64,000 bases of DNA from an uncultured virus (IMG/VR IMGVR_UViG_3300050821_011652). Taxonomy: Duplodnaviria; Heunggongvirae; Uroviricota; Caudoviricetes. The position numbers and the translations under genes are program-made. Numbering within the stretch: position 1 is the first letter of the stretch; the number at the start of each line of letters is the position of its first letter. Location: IMG/VR virus record IMGVR_UViG_3300050821_011652; one strand, given 5' to 3'. The notes beneath the pieces are model-generated. The model was not told where the DNA came from, searched no databases, and saw only the letters and a list, made by a program, of their open reading frames with translations. Below, piece by piece: positions 54,460 through 63,989 of this stretch.

Positions 54460-55826
54460 CTAGTGAATGAGTAGTTAACCGCCCAGAAATCAGCCAGCGC
54501 AATAAAGTTAGTCGTCGAAGCACTGCCGCGAGTGATAAAGGAGAAGAAGGGCGATCCAGAACCCGTACCAACACTAAATCCCCCCATCAAATTAAGCACT
54601 ATGACTCCATTGATGAGGAACTTAGCATTACTCCATCCGGCGCTAACATCGATCTCCAGGTCATAGCGTGTGTTCGGAGCTACCGCGACTGGTGTATTAA
54701 ATATCGTGGGAGTCGTGGAATAACTGTTTCCAACAACTATCTGCCATTGACCGGAATTATTGTCCGGAACGTATTGGAACGCGGCCCCCATAAAATTGTT
54801 TGGTCCGCTGGTTCCAAACCAGGATGAAGAAGGACCGTATGATCCAAAACCGGCCCGAAAACAATAGCTAATTCCTGTGGCCGGTAGAGTGCCCTCTAAA
54901 AAGATACTCGTCTTATGGTTTAAGGGACCGAGATTAAAAACTAGTAAGCCGCCGCCATTCGCGGCCGGACCGTAATTGAACCCATACCCTTGCCCCGCCG
55001 ACCCTGCTGTCCCAGTAGAAAATTCTGCAGACCCATTTACCTTATTGACCGTGTCCTGTCCATAGACCGACGCGATAGTAAAAGCGCCTCCAACCGCAGC
55101 CCCGGTGTAGGCAGCCGTAACCGTAAAATCATCGTCTTGTTTTGCGTAGCCGAATAGTTGGGGATCCCAAAGATCAGGGACTCCACCGTCTCCACTACCC
55201 AAACCTAAAGCTGTCGGCGTAGACCATTGAACCCCGCCGGATGCAGCGGCCAAAGATGACAAAATCTGGCCGTCCGAGCTCGCCGCCGGAAGCGCGACAT
55301 TGTGGGCGCCGTTCCATACAATAAACTGCCCAATAGCCGAAAGAGGGGAAAGAGCATCAAACGCCGTGGTATTAGTAGTCTGCCCCGTGCCGCCGCTACC
55401 GATCGCGAGAGGGCTCCCCGACGAATACGAACTACCTGGGATTCCTTGGAACCCAGCCGGCGAAATCTGCACGCCAGCAGCAATCAGAGTACCCACCGCG
55501 ACATTCGTGGTAGAATTAGGGTCCTGCTGCAGCACAGCAACCGTGCCCCCAGTAGCGGGCTGAACGATATAATAGCCGGCGCTTCCTGCAAATACCTCTT
55601 GGCCCGGGGTCATCCAGGAAGCATCGTTAACCGAAATATTGACCGAGACCCCCAAAGCTGGAACATTAAAAGTGGCAGTCGTCTGACTATAGGCACTGCT
55701 GCCTTGAGCTCCATCATTGCCGGGCGGCCCCGGTGGTCCCGCGGGACCGGGCGGCCCCATCGAGGCCGCGGTATTAAGCGGCGCGCAAACGGGAGTACAA
55801 GTGCAGTCTAAGGAGAGGAAGCTCAT
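54456..55826 (-). CDS. Tail fibre with short collagen-like repeat
   Basis: GPPGPAGPPGPPGNDGAQG; PLAIGSGGTG; lectin-like C-terminus. Confidence 0.65.
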   Translation of the reverse strand: MSFLSLDCTCTPVCAPLNTAASMGPPGPAGPPGPPGNDGAQGSSAYSQTTATFNVPALGVSVNISVNDASWMTPGQEVFAGSAGYYIVQPATGGTVAVLQQDPNSTTNVAVGTLIAAGVQISPAGFQGIPGSSYSSGSPLAIGSGGTGQTTNTTAFDALSPLSAIGQFIVWNGAHNVALPAASSDGQILSSLAAASGGVQWSTPTALGLGSGDGGVPDLWDPQLFGYAKQDDDFTVTAAYTGAAVGGAFTIASVYGQDTVNKVNGSAEFSTGTAGSAGQGYGFNYGPAANGGGLLVFNLGPLNHKTSIFLEGTLPATGISYCFRAGFGSYGPSSSWFGTSGPNNFMGAAFQYVPDNNSGQWQIVVGNSYSTTPTIFNTPVAVAPNTRYDLEIDVSAGWSNAKFLINGVIVLNLMGGFSVGTGSGSPFFSFITRGSASTTNFIALADFWAVNYSFTR

Positions 55827-55882
55827 GCTTAGAGGAACAATAAATCAGATATGGATCGGACGCATTCCATATTTCCGAGCGC

Positions 55883-56296
55883 TCACCCTCCAACTCCGAT
55901 CGGGTTAGTCAGCGTGACAACCGGCTGCGGAAGAAGGGGTGCTGTCGATAGCCCCAGTAAATTATCCACAGTCGGATTGAGCGTTAAATCCAAGAGGCGG
56001 GACGGTCCTCCAGTCGTGTAAGAAATGTCTTCCGGTATCGGAAGATTTACCGCTATCACGAATTTTGAGATAAGGACAGATGAAAGCGTAGCGGCAGTCA
56101 CCACTCCAACATCAAAAATCACCACTGGCGGGGCATCGACAACACCAACACTCGAAAAGGTAATGGACGATTGAAAGACCAATGGCACAGCAACCCCGGA
56201 GCCCGAACTGGTGATTGCGACAAACGCCAATACCGGCGCAGCAGCGTGCGCGGTCGAATTGGTAATTGATGTTACCGTCCCTACATCAGTAGGCAT
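55883..56296 (-). CDS. Hypothetical virion protein
   Basis: V/S/T-rich ORF in tail block. Confidence 0.5.
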   Translation of the reverse strand: MPTDVGTVTSITNSTAHAAAPVLAFVAITSSGSGVAVPLVFQSSITFSSVGVVDAPPVVIFDVGVVTAATLSSVLISKFVIAVNLPIPEDISYTTGGPSRLLDLTLNPTVDNLLGLSTAPLLPQPVVTLTNPIGVGG

Positions 56297-56305
56297 CGAG
56301 CTCCT

Positions 56306-57145
56306 TTAAGGAGTAGTACTGGTTAAAATTTCTTGCAGTGAGCCGACCGGAAACTGTACCTGGCTCCCGTTACCGACTACCAAACCAGACAAAAGCCCAA
56401 ACATCCAGGAGTTCCCCGCGGTCAGCGCATCATTTAACGACCACCCCAACCAAGTCTCCGTACCTGATCCTCCTAAAGGGTTAAAATTGACCGTGTTCCC
56501 ATTGGACTGAGTGATCGGATTAGTCCCCGATGCAGAAGGCCAATCAGTAAGGTCCGCCGGGATCAACACTCGAGCATACCCGGTTCTGGTCGATTCCGTG
56601 CCGCCGCCGGCAATTGTCGGGTTGGCGGTATAACCGGCCAGGTACCAATTACTCGGAGGCGAAAAAGCACTCCTGCGCAAGTATCCGTTAAGGATTTGTT
56701 GTGCTCCGTAGGTAGTCAGTCCCCCATTCGTATTTAGTACGATCTCGGTGACCAGCTCTCCTATTCCAACCTGAATAACCGTGCTTGCGGTCAGCGAAGC
56801 CGAACACGGATAAAAAGTCCAAAGATTTCCACCGGTAGGCGCATCAAAAAGACCGAGCGCTGTCCATGACTCACTTGTGCCTGCGCCAGCAGCTGGAAAA
56901 AGAAAGGCCGCCCCATTTGCGACCTGGACGGTCGAGGTGCCTGTCGCGTTCGGAAAATTAGCGCCGTTGGCTGCAATAGCGACTCTCGCATAATTCGTGT
57001 AGGTCGACTCCGTACCGCCACCAGCCGCCGTGGGAGCTACCTTAAATCCGGCCAAATACCAAGTGGTGAGTGTACCACGGGGCTGCCCGGCGAGCACCGA
57101 GTTTAAAATAATTGTCGACGCGTAGTTTGTAAATCCGGAGGCCAT
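56306..57145 (-). CDS. Tail protein made of two tandem domains
   Basis: Twice WYLAG...PT.AGGGTES...YARV...DA.T.GN. Confidence 0.7.
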   Translation of the reverse strand: MASGFTNYASTIILNSVLAGQPRGTLTTWYLAGFKVAPTAAGGGTESTYTNYARVAIAANGANFPNATGTSTVQVANGAAFLFPAAGAGTSESWTALGLFDAPTGGNLWTFYPCSASLTASTVIQVGIGELVTEIVLNTNGGLTTYGAQQILNGYLRRSAFSPPSNWYLAGYTANPTIAGGGTESTRTGYARVLIPADLTDWPSASGTNPITQSNGNTVNFNPLGGSGTETWLGWSLNDALTAGNSWMFGLLSGLVVGNGSQVQFPVGSLQEILTSTTP

Positions 57146-57146
57146 T

Positions 57147-57617
57147 CTAAAGAAACAATAATGCAGATATGGAATCGGCGCATTCCATATTTCTGGACTG
57201 AAGGAAGCGAAGAGTTCGCCCGATAATCTTCATCTCCGCCACCGAAAAAGTATCAGAACGAATGCGATTGCACTGGGCACAACAAGGCACAATGTTGCCT
57301 GGACTGTACCCACGAGCGTTATTTATACGGTCAGCGCCGACGCCCTTTTCTACTCCGCAGTAGTGACAAGGCTTTGATAAAACGTGCTTCTCCAACCATT
57401 CCTCAGTTATGGTCACAGACAAACCCCGCCGACGACTTCTGCGTTGATAAAAATACAGCAAGCGGTGCGCCCGATGATTCAATGAATAAACCTTATCGCG
57501 CTTAGCAGAACAGACGCGACAAACGCGGGCAAGCCACCGTTGACCGCGCTTGCGAAAATATTCCTCCGTCTCTGGTTTCTCCTTCTTACAACGCGAGCAG
57601 CGCCGGAGTTCTGTCAT
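57147..57617 (-). CDS. HNH homing endonuclease inserted in tail block
   Basis: CSRC...CRVC; CHYC...DRINN.RGY..GNIVPCC..CN. Confidence 0.85.
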   Translation of the reverse strand: MTELRRCSRCKKEKPETEEYFRKRGQRWLARVCRVCSAKRDKVYSLNHRAHRLLYFYQRRSRRRGLSVTITEEWLEKHVLSKPCHYCGVEKGVGADRINNARGYSPGNIVPCCAQCNRIRSDTFSVAEMKIIGRTLRFLQSRNMECADSISALLFL

Positions 57618-60600
57618 TGCCTAGGAGAGATTGTTCCTACCCGGGCGTTATATTGATCCTGGGTTTCGCCCGGCAGAGGCTTTCGACCGGTGCGAATATC
57701 CCACACGAGATCCGATTCATGCCCAGGGGCGGCAGCGGGGATCGGAACGGGCGGCCTCATTAAGGTCAACGGATCCTTGGCGGGAAGAAACGTGCCGTAA
57801 GGTCCCACAGTCGAAACATTATCCACGGCTGCCCCGACGCGGGAGTTGTACTGCGCCTGGGTTTCAGTCGGCAATGGTTCGACCGTCTGATTAATCGAAA
57901 ACGTCGGAATCGGCGGCCGCATCAACGTGTCTGGATCTTGAGCCAGGATATGGCCGTCATACGGACCCGGACCCGAAGTGGGCGCTAGCCCAATGGCCAC
58001 TCCGGGCGTGACAGAGCTTCCACTTGCGTTGACTGCGCGAACTCGGTAGAAATATTGGGTCGTTGCAGGGGTCGCGCTCGTATCGGTGTAGGACGTCGTT
58101 CCTTGAGTTAGCACTACCGAAAGAACATTTTGAGTGAAGGCGCCATCTGTCGCTCGGTCCAGGTATAGCCCGTGCGGCTTCGTCTCATTGTTCGTCCAGC
58201 TTACGTTAACGCCTACAGCCACTCCTAATCCGGACGGCGCCGCGGGTTGGCCGGTGAGTGGCGGGAATACTGAATCAAAGGTCCAGTTATTCGTCCAGCT
58301 AATCGATAATGCGCCGGAGTTCGGATCAACTGCAACCGGCAACATGATATGTCGCCAACCTTTAAAGCTGTCGTTTGTCGTCTGTATTGAGGGAGGGAAG
58401 ACGCTAAAATCCCAGCGATCTCCGACGTATATAAGCGCCGGAGTTCCTGCGTTTATTCCCTGCCTACCGGGAATAATGTAAAACCCGTCAGTCTGAGAAT
58501 CGAAAGCGAAATTCTGTGATGGAGTGAAAGGATGAGAACCAGAACTCCAATTCCCGGCTGCACCATCAGTGAGTTCGTTAGCGTCCGGCTGGAAAGGATT
58601 AGACGGAGCGCTCCATGTACCGAGTGGACCTGTAGTATTTGTTACATACAGATTGAGGCCAGGAGGCCATGGCGATAGATTTGACGATTGCCAATAGTAC
58701 GTGCTCCCGATCTTGAACATGGCAAAACCTTCTGACTGTCGTCCGAAAGGAGTTGTATTTGTACCATCGCTCTGATTGTTGTATGCAACAAATGATCCGC
58801 TCGTGTTAGTGTAGGTTGAATTGAGTTTATGAATTACTATGTAAAAGGTAGTGTTGTTGGGAGTTCCTCCTGCATTATCGCAAATAATTAGATAACAACT
58901 ACCATCAGTATCTAAGAATAGTTTAAAATCTCCCTGGGTATTATAACCATCTAGCACCGTGTACGACGCGAAGAGTGTCCACGGACCACCGGGAGCAGGA
59001 GCCGTGAATACTGACGAATTATTCGACAGACCCTGTTGCGTCCACATCACATAGTTATTGTTAGCAACATTATAAACCACGCTGACCCTGTTAACTGGAG
59101 GGGCGCTTTGTGCTATATTGCTGCAATTGCTAACATAATTCCAGTTGCGAAGATCAATAGAGGAATAACAATCAACACCTGCTCCTTTAGCCTCTACTAC
59201 ACCATTTTGGTCTACGTTCTGTCCGTACCAGTACCAAAGACCGCTAACCGGGTCTAGGAACTTATCGCCTGCGATTGTCCAGATTCGGTAGCCTCCTCTA
59301 TTCAAGGAGTAAGGAATATCAGTAGGAACGATCGAGGTGATGTGATAGCTGGCCAAAGTTACCCGGCTGTTAGACAAGCCGCTCAAGACAGCAATCGCTT
59401 GGATCACTTTGTTGGATGAAATAACAATTGGGCCGGTGTATTGCTGAGATGTACCTCCGCCCGCGCTCGGTGTGCTGCCGTCGGTTGTATACCAAATGGC
59501 AGCGCCGGTGGTCGGAGTCGCCATGCTAACCTGAACAGGCAAATCGTAGTATCCACCAGTCGTTCCGTTCGTGTTGGTTATTGAAACTGGAGCACAGGTC
59601 GCGGCAACACCAGAGTAATAGGAACCATAGAACTCCAGATCGGCTGGTGCGCTAGATGCGGCTGGTAGTGTAATCCGATAGTATCTGTAATAACCCGATA
59701 ACTGAGGGAACGTTAAATTATTATGCAGCGTCCCCCACTGAGGGGCCGCAGCTGGAAGTGTTGCAGTAGCGTTAATCGGAAATATGGTCTGGAATGAGGC
59801 AAACGTAGGATCATTACTGGCCTGAATTTGAGCTGTGTTGGGCGTGACTAAATTGGTGTAATTAACCGGATTTATAAAGCTAAGTAACACATGATCAGCC
59901 TGGATAGGTGCGCCACAATCAATTCCAACATAGTCGCCGCTAGCGTTAGGGTTTAACCATTGCGTCCAAGAACCACCGGCGGTCGGAATGGCCTGTGTCT
60001 GTGATCCGGCATCAAACACCAAAGCTTTTGTGGTGGCATTACCATTTGGATCATTGCCGCCTCCGGCAGTGCCGATAATACTTCCCGCTCCTCCATTAGT
60101 TCCGAGTACTACTTGACCATTGGTTATGGTTCCAAGAGCATTCGACCAACCCACCGCAATGCACACCCAGTCAGCCGACACGCTGGATGTCATAACTGCT
60201 GAGGTAGCGGCTTGTGTGGCTATTAGCTGAGAAGCGGAAGCCCCAAGTAAAGGGGATGTTCCTCCAGATTGCGCTGCTGTGTACCCGCTACCAGGAGTAA
60301 TGACCGCGCTGGCAGCGTGGACATAACCAAACTCAATAAAGAGTTCGTTAGCTCCGGGCATTGAAAGATTAGGCGTGCTGAGATCTGTCCCGGAAGAAGC
60401 AGAGGCTTGCCCATTAGAGCACCCAACTATAGGAGCATTACTAATTTCGTGAAGCTCCAGATAAACGTATTGAACTGTAGTTGCGGATCCGAAATTAACA
60501 GTGACGGTCGTTGATCCGGCAGCAACATTTACAGCTGCCCAAACTTGACCCCAGGATCTATTGGCTCCTCCGTAACCTATAGTAACCGGTTTCCATACAT

Positions 60601-60775
60601 TGCCGAGGTTATCGGTTACGCTCTGAACTGCGGGGATGCCCGCCCCCCGGAAGCATCCAATATCAAGCTGAAGGGAATTGCCTGTGGCAACGCCGGTTAA
60701 AGTAATGGAGACGGAGGATGTAGTTCCGCTCCCATTAGAAACCTTATTACCCTGAACGTATGCTGGATTAGGCAT
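57614..60775 (-). CDS. Multidomain tail spike/decoration protein (chitobiase-like, GH43-like propeller, FN3, C-terminal repeat module)
   Basis: IWYTTDGSTP; YWYG...YSS.DL.NW...YVMW...D..LF.D.DG..YL...EG..MF; YFYRVRAVN. Confidence 0.65.
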   Translation of the reverse strand: MPNPAYVQGNKVSNGSGTTSSVSITLTGVATGNSLQLDIGCFRGAGIPAVQSVTDNLGNVWKPVTIGYGGANRSWGQVWAAVNVAAGSTTVTVNFGSATTVQYVYLELHEISNAPIVGCSNGQASASSGTDLSTPNLSMPGANELFIEFGYVHAASAVITPGSGYTAAQSGGTSPLLGASASQLIATQAATSAVMTSSVSADWVCIAVGWSNALGTITNGQVVLGTNGGAGSIIGTAGGGNDPNGNATTKALVFDAGSQTQAIPTAGGSWTQWLNPNASGDYVGIDCGAPIQADHVLLSFINPVNYTNLVTPNTAQIQASNDPTFASFQTIFPINATATLPAAAPQWGTLHNNLTFPQLSGYYRYYRITLPAASSAPADLEFYGSYYSGVAATCAPVSITNTNGTTGGYYDLPVQVSMATPTTGAAIWYTTDGSTPSAGGGTSQQYTGPIVISSNKVIQAIAVLSGLSNSRVTLASYHITSIVPTDIPYSLNRGGYRIWTIAGDKFLDPVSGLWYWYGQNVDQNGVVEAKGAGVDCYSSIDLRNWNYVSNCSNIAQSAPPVNRVSVVYNVANNNYVMWTQQGLSNNSSVFTAPAPGGPWTLFASYTVLDGYNTQGDFKLFLDTDGSCYLIICDNAGGTPNNTTFYIVIHKLNSTYTNTSGSFVAYNNQSDGTNTTPFGRQSEGFAMFKIGSTYYWQSSNLSPWPPGLNLYVTNTTGPLGTWSAPSNPFQPDANELTDGAAGNWSSGSHPFTPSQNFAFDSQTDGFYIIPGRQGINAGTPALIYVGDRWDFSVFPPSIQTTNDSFKGWRHIMLPVAVDPNSGALSISWTNNWTFDSVFPPLTGQPAAPSGLGVAVGVNVSWTNNETKPHGLYLDRATDGAFTQNVLSVVLTQGTTSYTDTSATPATTQYFYRVRAVNASGSSVTPGVAIGLAPTSGPGPYDGHILAQDPDTLMRPPIPTFSINQTVEPLPTETQAQYNSRVGAAVDNVSTVGPYGTFLPAKDPLTLMRPPVPIPAAAPGHESDLVWDIRTGRKPLPGETQDQYNARVGTISPRQ

Positions 60776-61334
60776 TGCTTAGTGAATTCTTATCAAATGT
60801 GCGAAGGTCGGCGTCCCTGTTCAGCCAACCGTGAAGGAATTGCCGGAGACGAGAGTTGTTGTCGGCCAGGTGTTCATAATGAATGTCGGCCAGGTCAACG
60901 ATCTTAAGTGCGAGCTGCTGCGGCGACGCCCACTGCTTCACCAAAGAAAGCGTCTGCGGTCCAATAACGCCGTCGGGTGCCGCATGCACCGCCATCTGTA
61001 ATAGCCGGGCGGCCTCAGACTCACCGCAATTCACAGAGTAGTTAGCCACCGTCGCACCGACAGGCGCCGGCAAACGGTCGGCAGAAGACTTAAGCCAGTC
61101 ATCCGTGTACTCGTTCACAACGGCTTCAGGCGTAGGATGGGAAAAGGGAAATTTCTGATGAGACGACTGGTCAATGCCAGCGAAGGTCAGGCCGCCACCA
61201 TCGCCCGGAACGTTCTCAAACTTGATCGTGCCAGTGTGAGGATCGGTCACATCCTCATGATCGAGTTCAAAACCCAACCAGTCGGTGAAGGCGTGGTCGG
61301 AGCCGGAAGCGTTAAGGACGTCTTGTTTAGTCAT
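60768..61334 (-). CDS. Endolysin, GH108-like
   Basis: HE...DGGGLTFAGI...VNCG...LQ...DGVIGPQT...FLHGWLNR. Confidence 0.85.
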   Translation of the reverse strand: MTKQDVLNASGSDHAFTDWLGFELDHEDVTDPHTGTIKFENVPGDGGGLTFAGIDQSSHQKFPFSHPTPEAVVNEYTDDWLKSSADRLPAPVGATVANYSVNCGESEAARLLQMAVHAAPDGVIGPQTLSLVKQWASPQQLALKIVDLADIHYEHLADNNSRLRQFLHGWLNRDADLRTFDKNSLSNA

Positions 61335-61500
61335 CTATTGAGACCGGTTGTCCATCGTCGGCCGGCGGTTCCCACCACGGACCGATCGACCAGTGAATCC
61401 AAGCGACATGCGCCACTACCACCCCACGATTGTCGGCCCCTTGCGGAGCCGATGATCCTACACAAGAGGTCAAGAGGAATAGTAGTGGCAGCCACTTCAT
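61327..61500 (-). CDS. Small lipoprotein (possible spanin component)
   Basis: MKWLPLLFLLTSC lipobox; overlaps neighbouring lysis genes. Confidence 0.5.
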   Translation of the reverse strand: MKWLPLLFLLTSCVGSSAPQGADNRGVVVAHVAWIHWSIGPWWEPPADDGQPVSIDD

Positions 61501-61706
61501 TTCTTAGGCGGCACCAAACTTGTGGGAGCCCCATTGCTTGATGGAGCACTGCCCACGGATGGAACAAAGTGATTCCATACCTGAGCGATGATTGCCCCAA
61601 CGCCGGCTACCCACAGATTGTGCGACAAAAAGTCATTGATCTGCGGGGTAAAAATCCCGACGAGTTGAATCAAAATAGGAACGAGAAGAGCTAGAAGAGA
61701 ATTCAT
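61497..61706 (-). CDS. Holin-like membrane protein
   Basis: 69 aa, two hydrophobic segments, upstream of endolysin. Confidence 0.5.
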   Translation of the reverse strand: MNSLLALLVPILIQLVGIFTPQINDFLSHNLWVAGVGAIIAQVWNHFVPSVGSAPSSNGAPTSLVPPKK

Positions 61707-61707
61707 A

Positions 61708-62109
61708 TTAATAACCAGCATTTGTGAGACCATTAACAAAGTCGGTGCAATACGTATCAAAGACGGTATTACCCAACCCATAGGTCGTATATACTTCAGC
61801 GAACACCGCACTCGCGGCACCCAACGCAATCGACAATGCCGGTGCATCTTTCGAAGGTAACTTGGCAGCGATAAGCGCCTGTAGCTGAGCGACGGGCAGC
61901 GTACCATTAGCGAACGCAGCGACACCGGTTTTGATCACTGAAATGTCACCGACCTCGCTGGCCGTCAAATATGGCCTCGCGATAGTCGCGACCGTTTGAA
62001 TATCTGCTCCGACCTGCGCCGGGGCCACAATCGCCGGAGGCTGCTGATTCGCAGCACAGCCAGCGAACAGAGCCAGCCCGACACAACACACTAACAATTT
62101 GATTTTCAT
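61708..62109 (-). CDS. Lipoprotein
   Basis: MKIKLL...LFAGC lipobox. Confidence 0.65.
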   Translation of the reverse strand: MKIKLLVCCVGLALFAGCAANQQPPAIVAPAQVGADIQTVATIARPYLTASEVGDISVIKTGVAAFANGTLPVAQLQALIAAKLPSKDAPALSIALGAASAVFAEVYTTYGLGNTVFDTYCTDFVNGLTNAGY

Positions 62110-62267
62110 TTTTTGTCTTTCGAGTTTGATTTGGTGAGTGAAACCAATGACGCGGCAACAGAAAGTATGAGGGCCGTTATCGCTAGTCCCTCATGGATGT
62201 TTTCTAACGCGCCGCCCGCGCCAGCTAACACCACGCCTGCCAATGCGAAGGTGCTATGCGAGTGCAT
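62106..62267 (-). CDS. Small holin-like membrane protein
   Basis: 53 aa, two hydrophobic segments, basic C-terminus KDKK. Confidence 0.5.
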   Translation of the reverse strand: MHSHSTFALAGVVLAGAGGALENIHEGLAITALILSVAASLVSLTKSNSKDKK

Positions 62268-62505
62268 TTAGGAAGCCATTTCCATTCTGGCCTTGGTCGG
62301 TGTCGGACTCGGAACCAGCCTGCGATTTCGATGACTTTTTATCGTCCTCGTCGCCGTCATCACCGATCGGAATACCATCGAGGGAAACTAGCTCGGCGGA
62401 TCCATCCTCTGCCAACTTAAGGCTGGCGACAGCGTCGAACGTCTGACCAGGCTCCACATCCTGTGGCACCTGAAAACCTTGAGGGAGTGGAAATTCTACA
62501 GCCAT
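62254..62505 (-). CDS. Small acidic protein downstream of capsid gene
   Basis: P.GF.VP..V.PG..F...L.SLDG. Confidence 0.6.
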   Translation of the reverse strand: MAVEFPLPQGFQVPQDVEPGQTFDAVASLKLAEDGSAELVSLDGIPIGDDGDEDDKKSSKSQAGSESDTDQGQNGNGFLNALA

Positions 62506-62568
62506 TTTTCTTTTCTAATCCTCTTCAACCGGGGGCGTTAACCCCCGGTTGGTAGGAGGAGCGGCAGG

Positions 62569-63783
62569 TTAGGAAATGTTAGCAAGCTGAGCGCAAGTGA
62601 CATCAGCCAGCGGCACGTCGCAGCGAATGTGACGAACAACCCATGCGTAATCAGGGAAGATCGACTTGGTACCCTGGGCAAACACTCCCCTAAAAAATCC
62701 AATCGTGCCATCAGGATTGTCTTTTGCGTGCGGGATGTTGAGCCATTTGAACTCGCCTTTGTAGGTGAGCGGATCAAACTTGGTGTTACCACCAGGAGCG
62801 GTCAGCGGTCGCGGAACCATCGAGGACATCGCGTCGCGGACGAAGATCACGGAATCCGTGTAAGCGGCAGCCTCATACAACGGGTCGATGAATGCGCCTT
62901 GGCCCATGGTCACCGATTGATTGGTGTACGGGAACCGGCGAACCCAAGCGCCGGAAACGAAGTCCCAGCGAGCGGGCAGGTCATCGATCAAATGGAAGAA
63001 GCCCCGATAAGACCGCTCAACGCCCAGAGGCTTGAGCAAATCTTCCACTTCTTTACTCCACCGGAAGTCTTGGCGGATAGCCTGAGACTGCAGGATCAAG
63101 TTGGCAGAAGTTTCGGAGTCAGTGATGAGCGTAAAGACCGGGCGTCCGTTTTCACGGGCCAGCGCGGTTTTTCCGGCGCCATTACGAATCTCCTTCTGGT
63201 AAATCTTTTGCAGGATACCGTCGGACAGGGTCGAGGTTGGCTGGACTAAAGGGAATCCGGCTCCCAGGCCGTCGGGTAGTCCGCCCGAAACCGAGGCGAT
63301 GAGTTGGTGACCGGCGAGACGAGAATACTCATCCCGGTACCGATTGATCCAGGCAAAGCTGGTGTTATCGGTCAGCACGTTCATCATCGAGTTCAGCTGC
63401 TCTTTGCGTTGAAATGCAGTACGCAAGTCATTTACGCAGAGTGCCGGCGACTCGAGCGCCATTTGGTTCAGGTTGTACTGGCGCAGGGTTTGCGCGAAAT
63501 TGACGGTTTCAACGGGAGGCAAACAAGTGCCGCCAGTCGTACCGGATCCACCGCCGGTATTCGGATCGGCCGAATAACCAATCGGGGTCCACGTAATCGG
63601 GTAGGAAGGAATGGAGCGCTCATAGATTAGAACGCTAACAGTCGCGCCCATCTCCTCCGGAAATTCCTCCTGTTGGAAGAGCGACAAATAAGGTGACATG
63701 AACAGGGAGCGCTGATGTATGTCCTTTCCGATACGACCCGACTCGGATATGAGCAATTGATCAATTGTATATGGCTCTTGCGT
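62569..63783 (-). CDS. Major capsid protein (start uncertain: TTG 63756 or ACG 63783)
   Basis: About 400 aa, first gene of virion block, followed by a hairpin; composition compatible with HK97-fold capsid. Confidence 0.7.
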   Translation of the reverse strand, partial: TQEPYTIDQLLISESGRIGKDIHQRSLFMSPYLSLFQQEEFPEEMGATVSVLIYERSIPSYPITWTPIGYSADPNTGGGSGTTGGTCLPPVETVNFAQTLRQYNLNQMALESPALCVNDLRTAFQRKEQLNSMMNVLTDNTSFAWINRYRDEYSRLAGHQLIASVSGGLPDGLGAGFPLVQPTSTLSDGILQKIYQKEIRNGAGKTALARENGRPVFTLITDSETSANLILQSQAIRQDFRWSKEVEDLLKPLGVERSYRGFFHLIDDLPARWDFVSGAWVRRFPYTNQSVTMGQGAFIDPLYEAAAYTDSVIFVRDAMSSMVPRPLTAPGGNTKFDPLTYKGEFKWLNIPHAKDNPDGTIGFFRGVFAQGTKSIFPDYAWVVRHIRCDVPLADVTCAQLANIS

Positions 63784-63960
63784 AGAATTACCCTCTGAAC
63801 TTTCTTTAAAAGGTTAAAGTACTGAACTGATAGATTCCATACGGCGACCTGCGCCGACAAATAGGAACCAGTTTTACTTCGCCCTTCGAGGGAGAGAGCC
63901 TTTATACACTCGAACAGACCGAAAAATCTTGGCTGTCAGACCGGGACAGCTCCGTCTTGC

Positions 63961-63989
63961 AATATGGACGGCGCAAATTCCGTATGCAA
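63961..63989 (-). promoter_or_regulatory. Candidate promoter for capsid operon
   Basis: TTGCAT-N17-CATATT on minus strand. Confidence 0.4.

Noticed and set aside
62527..62550. Intrinsic terminator after the capsid gene (AACCGGGGG/CCCCCGGTT)
   Set aside because: The hairpin is real but has no U tract on the minus strand; may be a stabiliser or attenuator, so not called
32363..63630. Numerous + strand ORFs in the virion block
   Set aside because: They are shadows of long minus-strand genes with no recognisable motifs or coupling
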